Source of the DNA: Octopus vulgaris
Lineage: Eukaryota
NCBI GenBank assembly: GCA_951406725.2
Contig: OX597842.1
Coordinates: forward strand, 27,094,001-27,158,000
Direction of reading: 5' to 3'
Length of the DNA stretch: 64,000 nucleotides
Below are positions 1 to 12,284 of this stretch, one piece after another; within the stretch, counting starts at the first letter, position 1, and every line of letters begins with the position of its first letter. The translations under genes and the position numbers were made by a program. The notes below the pieces were generated by a model that was not told the origin of the DNA, made no database searches, and saw nothing but the letters and a program-made list of their open reading frames with translations.

Positions 1-9
1 AGGACATAT

Positions 10-439
10 ACTCTTTACTCTCTCTCTTTACTCTTTTACTTGTTTCAGTCATTTGACTGCGGCCATGCTGGAGCACCGCCTTTAATCGAGCAACTCGACC
101 CCCGGGGACTTATTCTTTTGTAAGCCCAGTACTTATTCTATTGGCGTCTTTTGCCGAAACGCTAAGTAACGGGGACATAAACACACCAGCATCGGTTGTC
201 AAGCGATGCTAGGGGGACAAACACAGACACACAAACATACACACACACACACATATATATATATACATATATATACGACAGGCTTCTTTCAGTTTCCGTC
301 TACCAAATCCACTCACATGGCTTTGGTCGGCATGAGGCTACAGTAGAAGACGCTTGCCCAAGGTGCCACGCAGTGGGACTGAACCCGGAACCATGTGGTT
401 GGCAAGCAAGCTACTTACCACTCAGCCATTCCTGCGCCT
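10..439 (-). mobile_element. tRNA-derived SINE, family A (octopus-type), full length
   Basis: Reverse complement of GGCGCAGGAGTGGCTGTGTGGTAAG...GGTTCAGTCCC head with A/B boxes, internal TA/TG microsatellite and AAAAGAGT tail. Many copies in the window. Confidence 0.85.
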
Positions 440-634
440 GGTGAGAATTTGGCAGGAAAGAATCCCAAGACGGATTCTTCAACCCAAGCCAACCGGCAGG
501 ATAGCTAGGGGAAGACCAAGAGTGGTTGGATAGTGTCAGTTGGTCGTGCTTGGGGACCCAGCCAGAAAGTGTAATTAAAGTTGCTTTTGATAGGACCCTA
601 TGGGGGAGGGTCCCGATGACTCTACCCCTACAAC

Positions 635-864
635 CAGGGCTGTGGAGTTGAAACAAACAGCTTTGACTCCGACTCATCTACTCTACTATTGGCACCTCCG
701 ACTTCTCTTTATCTAATTAAAGTGATTGTACTCTGAGTAGGCCTATATGGTTTAACTGGTTTATATTAAAGAATAAAGATATTGTGAGTCAGAGTCAGTA
801 AAATTTTACTGACCCTGACTCCAGTTATCCCATAATTGTTTCTGATTCCAACTCCACATCCCTG
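635..864. mobile_element. hAT-type MITE
   Basis: TIRs CAGGGCTGTGGAGT / ACTCCACATCCCTG; 8-bp TSD CCTACAAC / CATACAAC (7 of 8 match). Confidence 0.75.
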
Positions 865-2139
865 CATACAACTAGGAAACTTAGGGGTATACCAAGAATG
901 AAACGGTCGGATAATAGCCACAGTCTCGGTTGGTCATGCTAGGGAACCTAGCCACAAAGTGTAATGTTGCTTCTGATAGGACCCTATAGAGGAGATGTCT
1001 GTCTGTTCCTTCTCGAGCCATGCCTGGCTCATAAGGGCCGGTTTCCTGGTTTCCTTGGCATATAGGTTCCCCACCTGGACGGGACGCCAGTCTTTCGCAG
1101 GTGAGCTGCAAGATGCAGGAGGAGATGCCTGAGGGCTCTACCCCAGTAACCCTCCCAGGAGTCCTAGGGTAAACCAAGAATGAGATGGTTGTCTCAGTTG
1201 GCCAAACTTTGGAATCGAGCAGGAAAGTGTAATAGCAATTGCTTCTAAAACTGTTTAATACATTAAATAATTTAGTTCTAGATAGATAAAAAAAAACTGA
1301 GGTGATGACAGCTGGAAGATCTTAGCTTGTAGGTCTGCCTGGATCAGCACTGACCTGGGGCTAAACAATTATAGCCCCTAATACCACTATATCCATTAAA
1401 TAAGGTTTATCCTTTTGAAGATGTATTTATTGCCTGGTGGTTTGAGTGTCGGTCTCCCAATCATAAAATCATGGGTTCAATTCCTGGAATAGGCAATGTA
1501 TTGTGTCCTTGAGCAAGGGCCATTCCAGCTTAGTGCTGATGTGGCCCTTTCCCTCCAACTGTCACATCCTTGATCTTCTACTCACTCAAGAAGGGCAGAG
1601 GCCTTCTTTTAGCTTTCAATAGCAGGGTTTTTTTTTTTTGTTTTGTTTCTTGCCCTTCCTAATGATAATCTGAAGTTCACCACATGAACAAGGCTGGGTT
1701 GCCTCAGCTGGTTACTTCATAAAACCAGCCTTGTGAATCTGTGAATTTACCATGCTGCGTTTAACCCAAACCGCAGTCTCAAACAACCCAGAACCTCTTA
1801 GCCATTCAAGTTTTCCTAAACGTCTAAGGGGAGGTAACCATGTCGTATAAATTGAACTCTCTTATTCATCATCATTTTAACTTCAACTATTCCTTGCTTG
1901 CATGAGTCAGATGGAGTTGAATAAGGTAGATTTTTCTACAGCTGGATGCCCTTCCTGTTGCCAACCTTTGCTTGTTTCCAGTCTAGGTAATATTTTCCCA
2001 TGGCCAGACTGCTTTTTTGTAAACTCTGCTTGTATGGATCAAGAAATGAAATGATAGCGACATCTGGGTGCTACTTTAGTGTGCAGTCTACCGCAGTATC
2101 CTACTTTAGCGTGCAATTTACCACAGTATCCTGTCTATG

Positions 2140-2725
2140 TTGTGAAATAACTCTGAGTACCTTTTCAAACTCGACCCGTCTCACACCCGTGGACATATTT
2201 ACAAAGTCAGAAAACAGCACAGCTCCCATGACTTCAGGAAACATTTTTTTACGCTGAGAGTTGCTGAAGCATGGAACAAACTGCCGGCATCAGTTGTTAG
2301 TTGTCGGAGCACTGCATCCTTCAAAACTTCTATGCTTCCTTAGATTCACCAACACTACACCTGATCTTTCTCCCCTCCATACACACACAAGCATGTATCT
2401 GACTCATACATTTTTCGCTTTCCAGACATTTGTACATTACTGCATATACTTTATACGCACTGTCTGACAAGTTGTGGTACACCTGAGCACTGTATACAAT
2501 AATTTCATTATTATTATTATTTTTAAAACTTCCATGCTTCCTGAGATTCGCCAACACTACACCTGATTTTCTCCTCTCCATACACACACAAGCATGTATT
2601 TGACTCATACATTATTCACTTTCCAGACATTTGTATATAACTGCATACACCTTATACACACTTTCTGACAAGTTGTGGTGTACCTGAGCACTGTATACAA
2701 TAATTTCATTATTATTATTATTTTT
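2140..2725 (+). mobile_element. CR1-clade LINE 3' end with duplicated 3'UTR and (ATT)n tails
   Basis: Encodes TRGHIYKVRKQHSSHDFRKHFFTLRVAEAWNKLP, typical of the CR1 ORF2 C-terminus. 3'UTR repeated at about 2320-2520 and 2525-2725. Confidence 0.85.
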
Positions 2726-2878
2726 AAATTACTTAAAGTGTGAGGTCTACCTTTCCTTACCTTTTTACACTTTGGCGTGTGATCTACCTCCACTATAAGA
2801 ACTTTATATTACAGGATGATAAAAACAAATTGAAAAATGTTGAATAATGATTTATTAATGACTTACACTTAAATCTTA

Positions 2879-3420
2879 ATTAATGATACACACTTTGTAC
2901 ATCATTTAGGAAAGCCACAAAAAAATCTGCTGCATCTTTTCTCAAAATTTTCCAGTAAAAGTGATCAAAGTGTGACTGGAAAAGCTCATTGCCAACGCCC
3001 CTCATTTTCTTAAAATAGTTGTTTTGGAATCCAACCATGACTTCTCAGCCTGAGTATGCACTCCTGTCACTGGATCCACATAATGTTCTTGATAATTCAC
3101 TGTAAAATAGCAATAACCCATTTATATGTCCAAATGTATTTTTCTCAATATTTAATTTTGTTTGCAAAAGCCAGTTCTTTTGGTCAAACTATCGTATGTC
3201 CAGCTGCTTCAGATGCCAAGCTATCAAAAATCGTCAAAGTGTAGTACAACAATTTTGCTATGGAATGGTGAAACTGTTTTTGTCATTTTCTGAAAAAAAA
3301 AAAAAAAAAAAAGCAATGTTTTGGACTTAAGACACTTTTGCATAATAGCAACGATGTGATTTTGACCTTGTTTGGTTTTATCAATGGTGAACACTTGACT
3401 GCTAGAAGCAGCAGCAATAT
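2879..3420 (-). mobile_element. Degenerate Merlin (IS1016/ISXO2-like) transposase remnant
   Basis: Minus-strand translation TVNYQEHYVDPVTGVHTQAEKSWLDSK...*GGVGNELFQSHFDHFYWK resembles the ISXO2 motif TVNHS..FVDP.TGAHTQ.IE..W. Upstream GQNHIVAI resembles GGxxHIVEIDE. Contains stops. Confidence 0.7.
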
Positions 3421-3924
3421 ATAGACAGGCCGTGCCAGAACAATTACTGGTATTGTGGTTAGCCTGTGAGCTTGGTAAAAAATATTATTAGTGACAGAGG
3501 AAGTATTAATACAGCCAAGTAATATGTATTCCCACTTAAATATGGATGTTCTGTTAGAACGAACTAACCAGCTGTCACATATTACATGTCTGTGTTCCAG
3601 GTGTAATAGCCAGTTATTGATATGGCCTACTGGCACAGATTTTTCATGCATGTGCAGGAAGGGTGGGGTTACCTCAACCCAAAGGATTTTGCGCATGTGA
3701 CATTAGGTTCAGTGGGAAAAAAAAATGTCAGATATTTTTTGAATGCCCCTCATATGTCATCCAGGGGTGTTGCCATATATGCTATGCTTGGCAATGCAGG
3801 TCGGTGTGCCCTTTTAGAGAGCTTTTACCTCATGCAGGGATAGGTCAAGCCTATGGCCACAACAGACAATTAGTAGTTTGGACAGCTCCCTGGTCTTGCC
3901 AGCTCCTGTCGAATTGTCTAGCCC

Positions 3925-4402
3925 CGAGGTCATTGCCAGTACTGCCTGACTGGCCCCCGTGCTAGTGGCACGTAAAAGGGCACCATTCGAGCGTGATCGT
4001 TACCAACGTCGCTTCACTGTGCCGGTGGCATCTGTAAAAAGATTCGAGCAAGGTCATTGCCAGTACGGCCTGACTGACCCCTGTGCCGTGGTACATAAAA
4101 GGGCACCATTTGAGCGTGGTCGTTACCAACGTCGCTTCACTGGCACCTGTGCCGGTGGCATGTGTAAAAAGATTCGAGCGAGGTCATTGCCAGTACCGCC
4201 TGACTGGCCCCTCTGCCGGTGGCATGTAAGAAGCACCCACTACACTCTCGAAGTGGTTGGCATTAGGAAGGGCATCCAGCTGTAGAAACTCTGTCAGATC
4301 AAGATTGGAGCCTTGTGCAGCCATCTGGTTCGCCGGCCCTCAGTCAAAATCGTCCAACCCATGCTAGCATGGAAAGCAGATGTTAAACGATGATGATGAT
4401 GA
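3925..4402 (+). mobile_element. RTE-LINE 3'UTR-derived repeat (family C) with internal tandem units and (GAT)n tail
   Basis: GGTTGGCATTAGGAAGGGCATCCAGCTGTAGAAAC core, repeated GTGCCGGTGGCACGTAAAA units, ends TTAAACGATGATGAT. Confidence 0.8.
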
Positions 4403-4592
4403 TGCCAGCATGGAAAATGGGTGTTCAGCGATGATTAATCTTTACTGTAGGTACCCGCATGATATGTGGGTACACACATGTCTGTCTGTTTGTCTTGTAA
4501 TACAGTTATTACAAATCTCCTTCAATGCAACTGTATACAATAATTTCATTATTATTATTATTTTTAAAACTTCCATGCTTCCTGAGATTCGC

Positions 4593-4637
4593 CAACTATG
4601 GTCTTTGCGGCACCTGACGTCTCTCTACCTCAACGAC
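4593..4637 (+). CDS. CNOT6: CNOT6 LRR exon, surviving 5' fragment (QLWSLRHLTSLYLND)
   Basis: Matches the first CNOT6 LRR (LWSLTHLTALHLxDN type) and is in frame with 4713-4824. Flanked on both sides by CR1 3'UTR sequence. Confidence 0.75.
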
Positions 4638-4712
4638 AAGCATGTATTTGACTCATACATTATTCACTTTCCAGACATTTGTATATAACTGCATACACCT
4701 TATACACACTTT

Positions 4713-4824
4713 CTGCCATCGGAGCTTGGGGATCTCTCACTGATGCGTCAACTTCTCCTCAACAACAACTTTCTCCGTAATCTGCCGTTTGAACTCGGTA
4801 AATTGTTCCAGCTACAAACACTTG
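4713..4824 (+). CDS. CNOT6: CCR4/CNOT6 deadenylase, intact 3' part of an LRR exon (LPSELGDLSLMRQLLLNNNFLRNLPFELGKLFQLQTL-G)
   Basis: Translation matches the CNOT6/CCR4 LRR, including the characteristic LPFELGKLFQLQTLG. Ends in donor G|GTGAGT at 4824/4825, phase 1. Confidence 0.9.
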
Positions 4825-5026
4825 GTGAGTACCTTTCTGCTTGTTTTGCTTTGCATTGCCACGGCCCTGTTGGCCACAGTGGCACAGCCCGTGATGTTTG
4901 TTACATATTTAATATTTAACATATAGCACATACAGTGAGTGTGTATATATATGTGTATGCATATACCTACATATGTGCATGCACACACGCATCTCCCTCT
5001 CTCTCTCTCATATATATAACATATAA

Positions 5027-5416
5027 TCTATATATATATAAAGCTGAAGTTGTCTGTGTGTGACAGGTTTGGTAGCCTTCAACTAACACTTTCTCCTCTG
5101 AGACCCTGCGGTGCAAGTTGATCATGTTTTTTGAGAGTATGATAGAAGAAGGCTTGCTCTTCCTTCCGTAGAAGAAAAAATTCAAATCGGACCATGTTAA
5201 CACCAAAAATTATTTACATAATAAAGGTGCTTCTATGAAAATCCCTATTTTTTACGATTTTTTTACTGTTGTGTCGCCATTTTTCGGTGTATTTCGACCA
5301 GAAAAATGTTCACTGAAAGAGAATAACAAGCTACATAATGCAAAATTTTTACTTTTCAAAAATTCCAATTCTAAAGGGTTGAAACAAACCCGAGCAACGC
5401 CGGGAGATACTGCTAG
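5027..5416 (+). mobile_element. Non-autonomous Helitron
   Basis: A|TC start, subterminal hairpin CCCGAGCAACGCCGGG, CTAG|T end, no TSD. Confidence 0.75.
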
Positions 5417-5899
5417 TATATATATAAACCTGTTCAGTTTAGAATTTATTGAAGATAGTCATGCCTTGAATGAAATCAAACTAAAGAATGTACTACCCAT
5501 CCTTAACATCTGCTGAATGAATAGTAAAATAAATCCAACATCACCATACACACACACACACACCTTAATCCCCATATAACTACCATTCCTTCCTCTATTC
5601 CCATCACATTCCATTTCTCCCCACCAAATACACACCGAAATACCCATATATCTCACTTGACCTTCAAACTAGTGAAAACAGAAAGACATCCCTCTGTGGT
5701 TTATCCATTAATGTTATATTGCCTGAAGAAATGAATCAATGATGTTGATTAATCGGTAGCCCAAGGATTCAATGGGCTACGGCTGTAATCATCCTGGGAA
5801 CATGGACTGTGATCTTAAGAGACGTGTGATTTGTGGAAATGCATGTAGCGATGCTTTAAATGTTTATGAATTCCATCCTATTATTATTGTTATATGTGT

Positions 5900-6220
5900 G
5901 AGGGCGTGTGGCTTAGTGGTTAGGGCTTTCGGCTCATGATCGTAAGGTTGTGAGTTCGATTCCCGGCGACGCGTTGTGTCCTTGAGCAAGACACTTTATT
6001 TCATGTTGCTCCAGTCCACTCAGCTGGCAAAAATGAGTTGTACTTGTATTTCAAAGGGTCAGCCTTGTCACTCTCTGTGTCACGCTGATTATCCCCGAGA
6101 ACTATGTTAAGGGTACACGTGTCTGTGGAATGCTCAGCCATTTGCACGTTAATTTCACGAGCAAGCTGTTCCGTTGATCGTATCAGCTGGGACCCTCGTC
6201 GTCGTAACCGGCGGAGTCTT
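5900..6220 (+). mobile_element. tRNA-derived CORE-type SINE (family D)
   Basis: A box TGGCTTAGTGG, B box GAGTTCGATTC, followed by the CORE-like GTGTCCTTGAGCAAGACACTT segment. Confidence 0.75.
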
Positions 6221-6610
6221 TTAATTGTTATATGTGAGAGACAGAACATAATATTCCTTACATTGGATCTGGATCTCACAATGAATTGTGAAACTGCATA
6301 CCAGCATGCACATGTATATAATTTCATATATACGAATGTATACGTTGATTTATTCATGTGCATGTATGTATGTTAGGACATGCCCGTATATGCTTTGATA
6401 TATGCAGGAGTGTCTGAATGTGGTGTATATTTGGATATATATATATTGAGTATAACCAGCCGAAATTGCAAAGACAATCTGGAACTCGACTGAGAAAAGG
6501 AAACTCCGAATGACTCGTCCTTGTTTTCTTTGTATCATCTGTCTGGATGTTTTGTTGTCCCTTTCTTGTATCACCTAACTGTCTGGATGTTTTGCGTTCT
6601 TGTCCCATTT

Positions 6611-6641
<31 letters not shown>

Positions 6642-6710
6642 GTAGGTCCTGGGTTGAGTTGGGGTTAACCACAGTAAATAAGGTATTCAATACATAGCAG
6701 AGTAAATTAA

Positions 6711-6945
6711 TTTATTTTATAGAAGGAGCTTCTACAGGACTAGAACTGTTTCATTCAAAAGAAATCATCAGGAAGCTAGGTGACAAGAGTAGTTTTGGCA
6801 TTTATACATTTAGGCAGGTTTAAAGGCAAACTTTAAACCTGCCTAAATGTATAAATGCCAAAACTACTCTTGTCACCTAGCTTCCTGATGATTTCTTTTG
6901 AATGAAACAGTTCTAGTCCTGTAGAAGCTCCTTCTATAAAATAAA
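6711..6945. repeat. Perfect 115-bp inverted repeat with 5-nt loop; Penelope-like pseudo-LTR
   Basis: 6711-6825 is the reverse complement of 6831-6945. Embedded among (TA)n and contains a hammerhead motif. Confidence 0.85.
6879..6929 (+). ncRNA. Type I hammerhead ribozyme motif
   Basis: Stem I AGCTTC/GAAGCT, core CTGATGA, stem II TTC/GAA (T-T mismatch at base), GAAA, stem III ACAG/CTGT, cleavage triplet GTA. Confidence 0.6.
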
Positions 6946-7094
6946 ATATATATATATAAAGTTTATGAAATTATCTCCCCTTTTCCTATCAGTTGCAAAC
7001 AATTACTGCTTTGACAGCAACTTCAGTACATCAACTCTCAACTTGTGTAAGAGTATATATTCATATATTATGCCTCTTACACACACACACACAC

Positions 7095-7477
7095 ACACAG
7101 AGGATCTTCAGATGTTGGGCCTCATAGATGGGATGACAGGGGACCAATACTTCGAGCAGTTTGCTGTACTTGAGAAGAGACATCAAGCTAAGTAAATAGA
7201 TGGCTGTCTTTGCATACAGGCGTGTCTCCTGCATCCCTCTTCAGCTGAGTGTCCCTAATCTTGTGGGCTCACAGGTGCCAGTGCCACGTAAAAGTACCCC
7301 TGCTGGTGTTAGGTAATTGCACCCAGTGCACCCTGTAAAGTGGTTGGTGTTAAGAAGTGCATCCAGCTGTAGAAACCATGCCACAACAGACTGTTTGACC
7401 CCGGGCAGCTCTCCAGCTGGCCATCACCTGTCAAACCATCCATCCCATGCTGACATGAAAAACGCTAAACGATGATG
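7095..7477 (+). mobile_element. RTE LINE 3' end (ORF tail plus family C 3'UTR)
   Basis: DLQMLGLIDGMTGD..FAVLEKRHQAK* followed by the family C core and (GAT)n tail. Confidence 0.65.
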
Positions 7478-7503
7478 ATATATATATACACATATATATA
7501 CAT

Positions 7504-7910
7504 AGGCGTAGGAGTGGCTGTGTTGTAAGTAGCTTGCTAACCAACCACATGGTTCTGGGTTCAGTCCCACTGCGTGGCATATTGGGAAAGTGTCTTCTGC
7601 TATAGCCCCGGGCCGACCAATGCCTTGTGAGTGGATTTGGTAGATGGAAACTGAAAGAAGCCCGTCGTTTATATGTATATATATATATTCGTGTGTGTGT
7701 TTGTGTGTCTGTGTTTGTCCCCCTAGCATCGCTTGACAACCAATGCTGGTGTGTTTACGTCCCCGTGAATTTGCGGTTCGGCAAAAAGAGACCGGTAGAA
7801 TAAGTACTGGGCTTACAAAGAATAAGTCCCGGGGTCGATTTGCTCGACTAAAGGCGGTGCTCCAGCATGGCCGCAGTCAAATGACTGAAACAAGTAAAAG
7901 AGTAAAAGAG
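7504..7910 (+). mobile_element. SINE family A, full length
   Basis: Same head, body and tail as 10-439. Confidence 0.85.
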
Positions 7911-8339
7911 TATACACACATATATACACACCTATCATCTTTGTTTTAAGGTTGAGTCTTTGCATGCTTGCATGGGGTCTGACAGAATCTGATGATATCA
8001 GAAACAGCAGAGAGGTATTCCAGCTGGATCTGGCTGAAGAGGAACAAAAAACGACCTCCATATCATTTGAAGACAATATTTTTGTATTTCAATGCTAAGG
8101 GAAGTAACCCTAAGTGAGTCATCGTCAATAGCGTTGCTGATGCACTGTTACCATGACAACCTACATCACTTCTTCTTTAACCATTTGGCATTCAGGTTAT
8201 TCTGTGGAGACTAATGCTTATTTATTCACATTGCTTTGAATTAATTATGCATTATCTTCATCATCATCGTCATCATTTAATGTCCACTTTCCATACTGGA
8301 TGGTTTCACGGGTTAGCTAGGCAGCAGACTGTACCATCC

Positions 8340-9850
8340 TTTGCTGTCTGTTTTGGCATGGTTTTTATGGCTGGGGGCCCTTCCTAACGCCAATCACTCC
8401 ACAGAGTTGACTGAGTGGTTTTTACGTGGCACCAGCCCAGGCAGGGTCAGTTTTGGCATGGTGTTTTTACACAGCTGGATGCCCTTCCAAATGTCAACCA
8501 CCCAGCAGAGTGGACTGAGTACTTTTTAAGTGGCACAAACATGGGCAAGGTCAGTTTTGGCAAGGTTTTTTACAGCTGGGTGCCCTTCCAAATGCCAACC
8601 ACTTTACAGTGTGGACTGAGTGGTTTTTACATGGTATCAGCACAGGCAGGCTCAGCTTTGGCATGGCGTTTTTACACAGCAGGATGCTCTTCCAAATGCC
8701 AACCACCCAGCAGAGTGGACTGAGTGCTTTTTAAGTGGCACAAACATGGGCAAGGTCAGTTTTGGCAAGGTTCTTTACTGCTGGATGCCCTTCCAAATGC
8801 CAACCACTTTACAGTATGGACTGAGTGCTTTTTAAGTGGCACAAACATGGGCAAGGTCAGTTTTGGCAAGGTTTTTTACAGCTGGGTGCCCTTCCAAATG
8901 CCAACCACTTTACAGTGTGGACTGAGTGGTTTTTACATGGTATCAGCACAGGCAGGCTCAGCTTTGGCATGGCGTTTTTACACAGCAGGATGCTCTTCCA
9001 AATGCCAACCACCCAGCAGAGTGGACTGAGTGCTTTTTAAGTGGCACAAACATGGGCAAGGTCAGTTTTGGCAAGGTTCTTTACTGCTGGATGCCCTTCC
9101 AAATGCCAACCACTTTACAGTATGGACTGAGTGCTTTTTAAGTGGCACAAACATGGGCAAGGTCAGTTTTGACAAGGTTCTTTACCGCTGGGTGCCCTTC
9201 CAAATGCCAACCACTTTACAGTGTGGACTGAGTGGTTTTTACATGGTATCAGCACAGGCAGGCTCAGCTTTGGCATGGCGTTTTTACACAGCAGGATGCT
9301 CTTCCAAATGCCAACCACCCAGCAGAGTGGACTGAGTGCTTTTTAAGTGGCACAAACATGGGCAAGGTCAGTTTTGGCAAGGTTCTTTACTGCTGGATGC
9401 CCTTCCAAACGCCAATCACTCCGCAGAGTTGACTGAGTGGTTTTTACGTGGCACCAGCCCAGGCAGGGTCAGTTTTGGCATGGTGTTTTTACACAGCTGG
9501 ATGCCCTTCCAAATGTCAACCACCCAGCAGAGTGGACTGAGTGCTTTTTAAGGGGCACAAACATGGGCAAGGTCAGTTTTGGCATGGTGTTTTTACACAG
9601 CTGGGTGCCCTTCCAAATGCCAACCACTTTACAGTGTGGACTGAGTGCTTTTTAAGGGGCACAAACATGGGCAAGGTCAGTTTTGGCAAGGTTTTTTACA
9701 GCTGGGTGCCCTTCCAAATGCCAACTGAGTGGTTTTTACATGGTATCAGCCCAGGTAGGGTCAGCTTTGGCGTGGTGTTTTTACACAACTGGATGCCCTT
9801 CCAAATGCCGACCACTTTACAGTGTGGATTTGATGCTTTTTGTGTGGCAC
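8340..9850. repeat. Tandem array of about 102-bp units with a 306-bp higher-order period, derived from family C
   Basis: Unit ...GGTCAGTTTTGGCA...GCTGGATGCCCTTCCAAATGCCAACCAC...GGACTGAGTG. Identical ORFs recur at 8620/8926/9232 and 8724/9030/9336. Confidence 0.9.
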
Positions 9851-11073
9851 CAGCACTGGCAGGGTCACCAGGTAGCTTGCAAGACAAAGATCCTTTGAGA
9901 GGGGATGGGGTACTGGAGGAGGAGGAGATCTTGTGCCTGATGATGAAAGGTTAGAGGGTGACAGAGAGACAGAAACAGGTGTCTTGTAATGGATATGCAT
10001 GATTACCTGGTTAGAGAGAGAGGTGGAGGAGTGATCTCCTGTAGGGGAGATACATGGCAAACCAGTCAGAGGGATAGAGCAAGAGGAAGAGAGAGGGGGA
10101 GTGCAAGGGAGAGGTGGTGGCAAAGTGTCAGGGTATGCTCACAGGTAGCAAGGATCAGAATATATATGGGATGGTAGGGAAGAACTAGGAGGGGATAAGT
10201 GGTGGCAAAGTGGAAGGGTATACCCTCAAGATATAGGGTCAGAATGTAAATAGTAGGGTATTGCCAAGGTGCATGAGCAGGGGGCAGAGATTTCACATGA
10301 ATGCAAATGGGGGGTGGTGGGGTGAGGGGAGATTGCAGCAGCTGGTGAAACCTGGGTATATAAAACTTGTAAATTCCAATGATAGGATTGTTTATTTTTA
10401 TAATGACATTGTGGGGTAGGTGTGAGAGACCAGATCTGGCTGGTTTGAACATAAAACAGGTAGAATCATTTTATGGCCTGTTTAAATGCTAATAGGTTAA
10501 TTACTGCAGATTAGGACTGGCCTGACACCATGTAGCTCGGGATGGTCATGGTTAGATTGGTTTTGTCCAAATTTCTGCTGGATTGCAGCTGCCCAATGCA
10601 ATATACAACAAGACAGGATGGTCACGTGTTTGTCGCCTTTGATCATGAGCCTGGTGCGTGACAGCTGGTTCTTTGATACACCACAAGCAAAACGAGGTGG
10701 TCACAGTTGGATTGTCTTTTTCATAAGTCTGTGTTTATTGTTACACACTCTTTTGTTATCAACTGGATGATTCACAAGATATTTTGTAGTCAAGGTCAAC
10801 AAATGTTGATGACAATAGAATAAAAAAAAATGTGTTACTGTGTCATTGTAGGGTAATTGTATGAGGCCTAGTCTGGCTGGTTTGAGCATTTGAACCAGGT
10901 ATGGCTGGTTTAATTGTTAAAGGGTTTTAAGTGTAAGCTTCAAAGCTGAATCCATGGAGAGGGGTTCTAACTGGATGAAATCTCCAAGTGCTTCAAATGC
11001 ACAAGTCTCTGATATCCGAGAGGCTAAAAAGCATCAGCAGGAAGACGCAAAGGATGTGGCCTGGCACCCTTAA

Positions 11074-11294
11074 CCCTTTAATATTCGCATTATTCTGCCA
11101 AAATTAATCCCTTTTTATCCGCATTGTTTTGAACTAATCATGCATTATCTTGTAGCTATGAGATTTTGATGGGGTAGCTGTTAATTGTTAAAACGATATT
11201 GTAGGGTTGGTGTGAGAGACCAGATCTGGCCAGTTTGGACATGAAACAGGTAGAATACTTTTGGCCGGATATGGCCGGTTTAAATGCTAAAGGG
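11074..11294. mobile_element. piggyBac-type MITE
   Basis: TTAA|CCCTTTA...TAAAGGG|TTAA. Related degenerate copies near 10360-10500, 38647-38832 and 58030-58460. Confidence 0.75.
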
Positions 11295-11414
11295 TTAAAG
11301 TGTAAGAAGGGTCAAAATACTTGCCAGAGGGGGTAGGGTGGGTTCTTCTATGAAGGCCTTCAGCTGTTCAGCTTTGTTGAGAGTTACAGCTCGTGTGTGT
11401 GTGTGTCTGTCGTG

Positions 11415-11775
11415 CGTGTGTGAAGGTGGGCCAATGGAGAGAGGTTTCAACTAGATGTGGCCCGGCCCCCCTTTGAGTGTAGGAAGTTAAGGGCCACAAC
11501 ATTTACCAGAGGAGGTGGTGGGTTCTTCTCTGAAGGCCTGTTGTGCAGCCCTCTTGAGAGTTACATATTGTACATGTATGTGTGTGTGAAAGTGGGCCAT
11601 TGGAGAGAGGTTTCAACTAGATGTGGCTCGGCCTCCCTTAGAGTATAGGAAGTTAAGGGCTACAACACTTACCAGAGGAGGTGGTGGGTTCTTCTCTGAA
11701 GATCTGTTGTGCAGCTCTCTGGAGAGTTACATCTTGTACATATCTATATATATATTTGTGTGTGTGTGTGTGAAA
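11415..11775. repeat. Tandem duplication, about 166-bp unit
   Basis: GGAGAGAGGTTTCAACTAGATGTGG...GAGAGTTACAT repeated (ORFs at 11457 and 11623). Confidence 0.75.
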
Positions 11776-12039
11776 TCTCCAAGTAGTTTAAATGCACAAG
11801 TTTCCAATATCTTACTAGTTAAAATGCACGAGCAGAAAGGCAGTTAAGGTGTCATGACCTGGTTGTGGCCTGGTCCCCTTAGGGTGTAGGAAGTTAAGGA
11901 CCAAAACACCTGCTGTTTAGCTCTTTTGAGAGTTTCTTATCACAGAGGTCATTGAACTCTGTCATGTAAATTTACATTCACTAAATTCAAATGGGAGTGA
12001 CCTAGATGTGCATACATAAAGAGCTATATGATCTACCAG

Positions 12040-12272
12040 AGCCAAACATTTCATACAAAAGCATAGACGTCACACACAGAGTTTGTGGGAAGTGTGTGTG
12101 TGTATGAAGGAGTAGAGGGCGTTAGCTCAAAAGGCAGGCTAAGAATGCAATGGATAGACAATATCAGGAGCTGGTTGGACAACAATGGCAAGGCAGCTAG
12201 AGGACTTGCACTGAATTGGGGATACTTTCATTGCAGTGTCATCAAGGCACTGCAGGTGTAGGACACATGATG
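12040..12272 (+). mobile_element. Degenerate RTE LINE 3' fragment
   Basis: EGVEGVSSKGRLRMQWIDNIRSW resembles the RTE C-terminal GxRxRGRPxxxWxDxI motif. Confidence 0.55.
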
Positions 12273-12284
12273 GATACATGTATA

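Noticed and set aside
8340-9850. CRISPR-like regular repeats
   Set aside because: No unique spacers, eukaryotic context and no cas genes; the same applies to 28795-29660.
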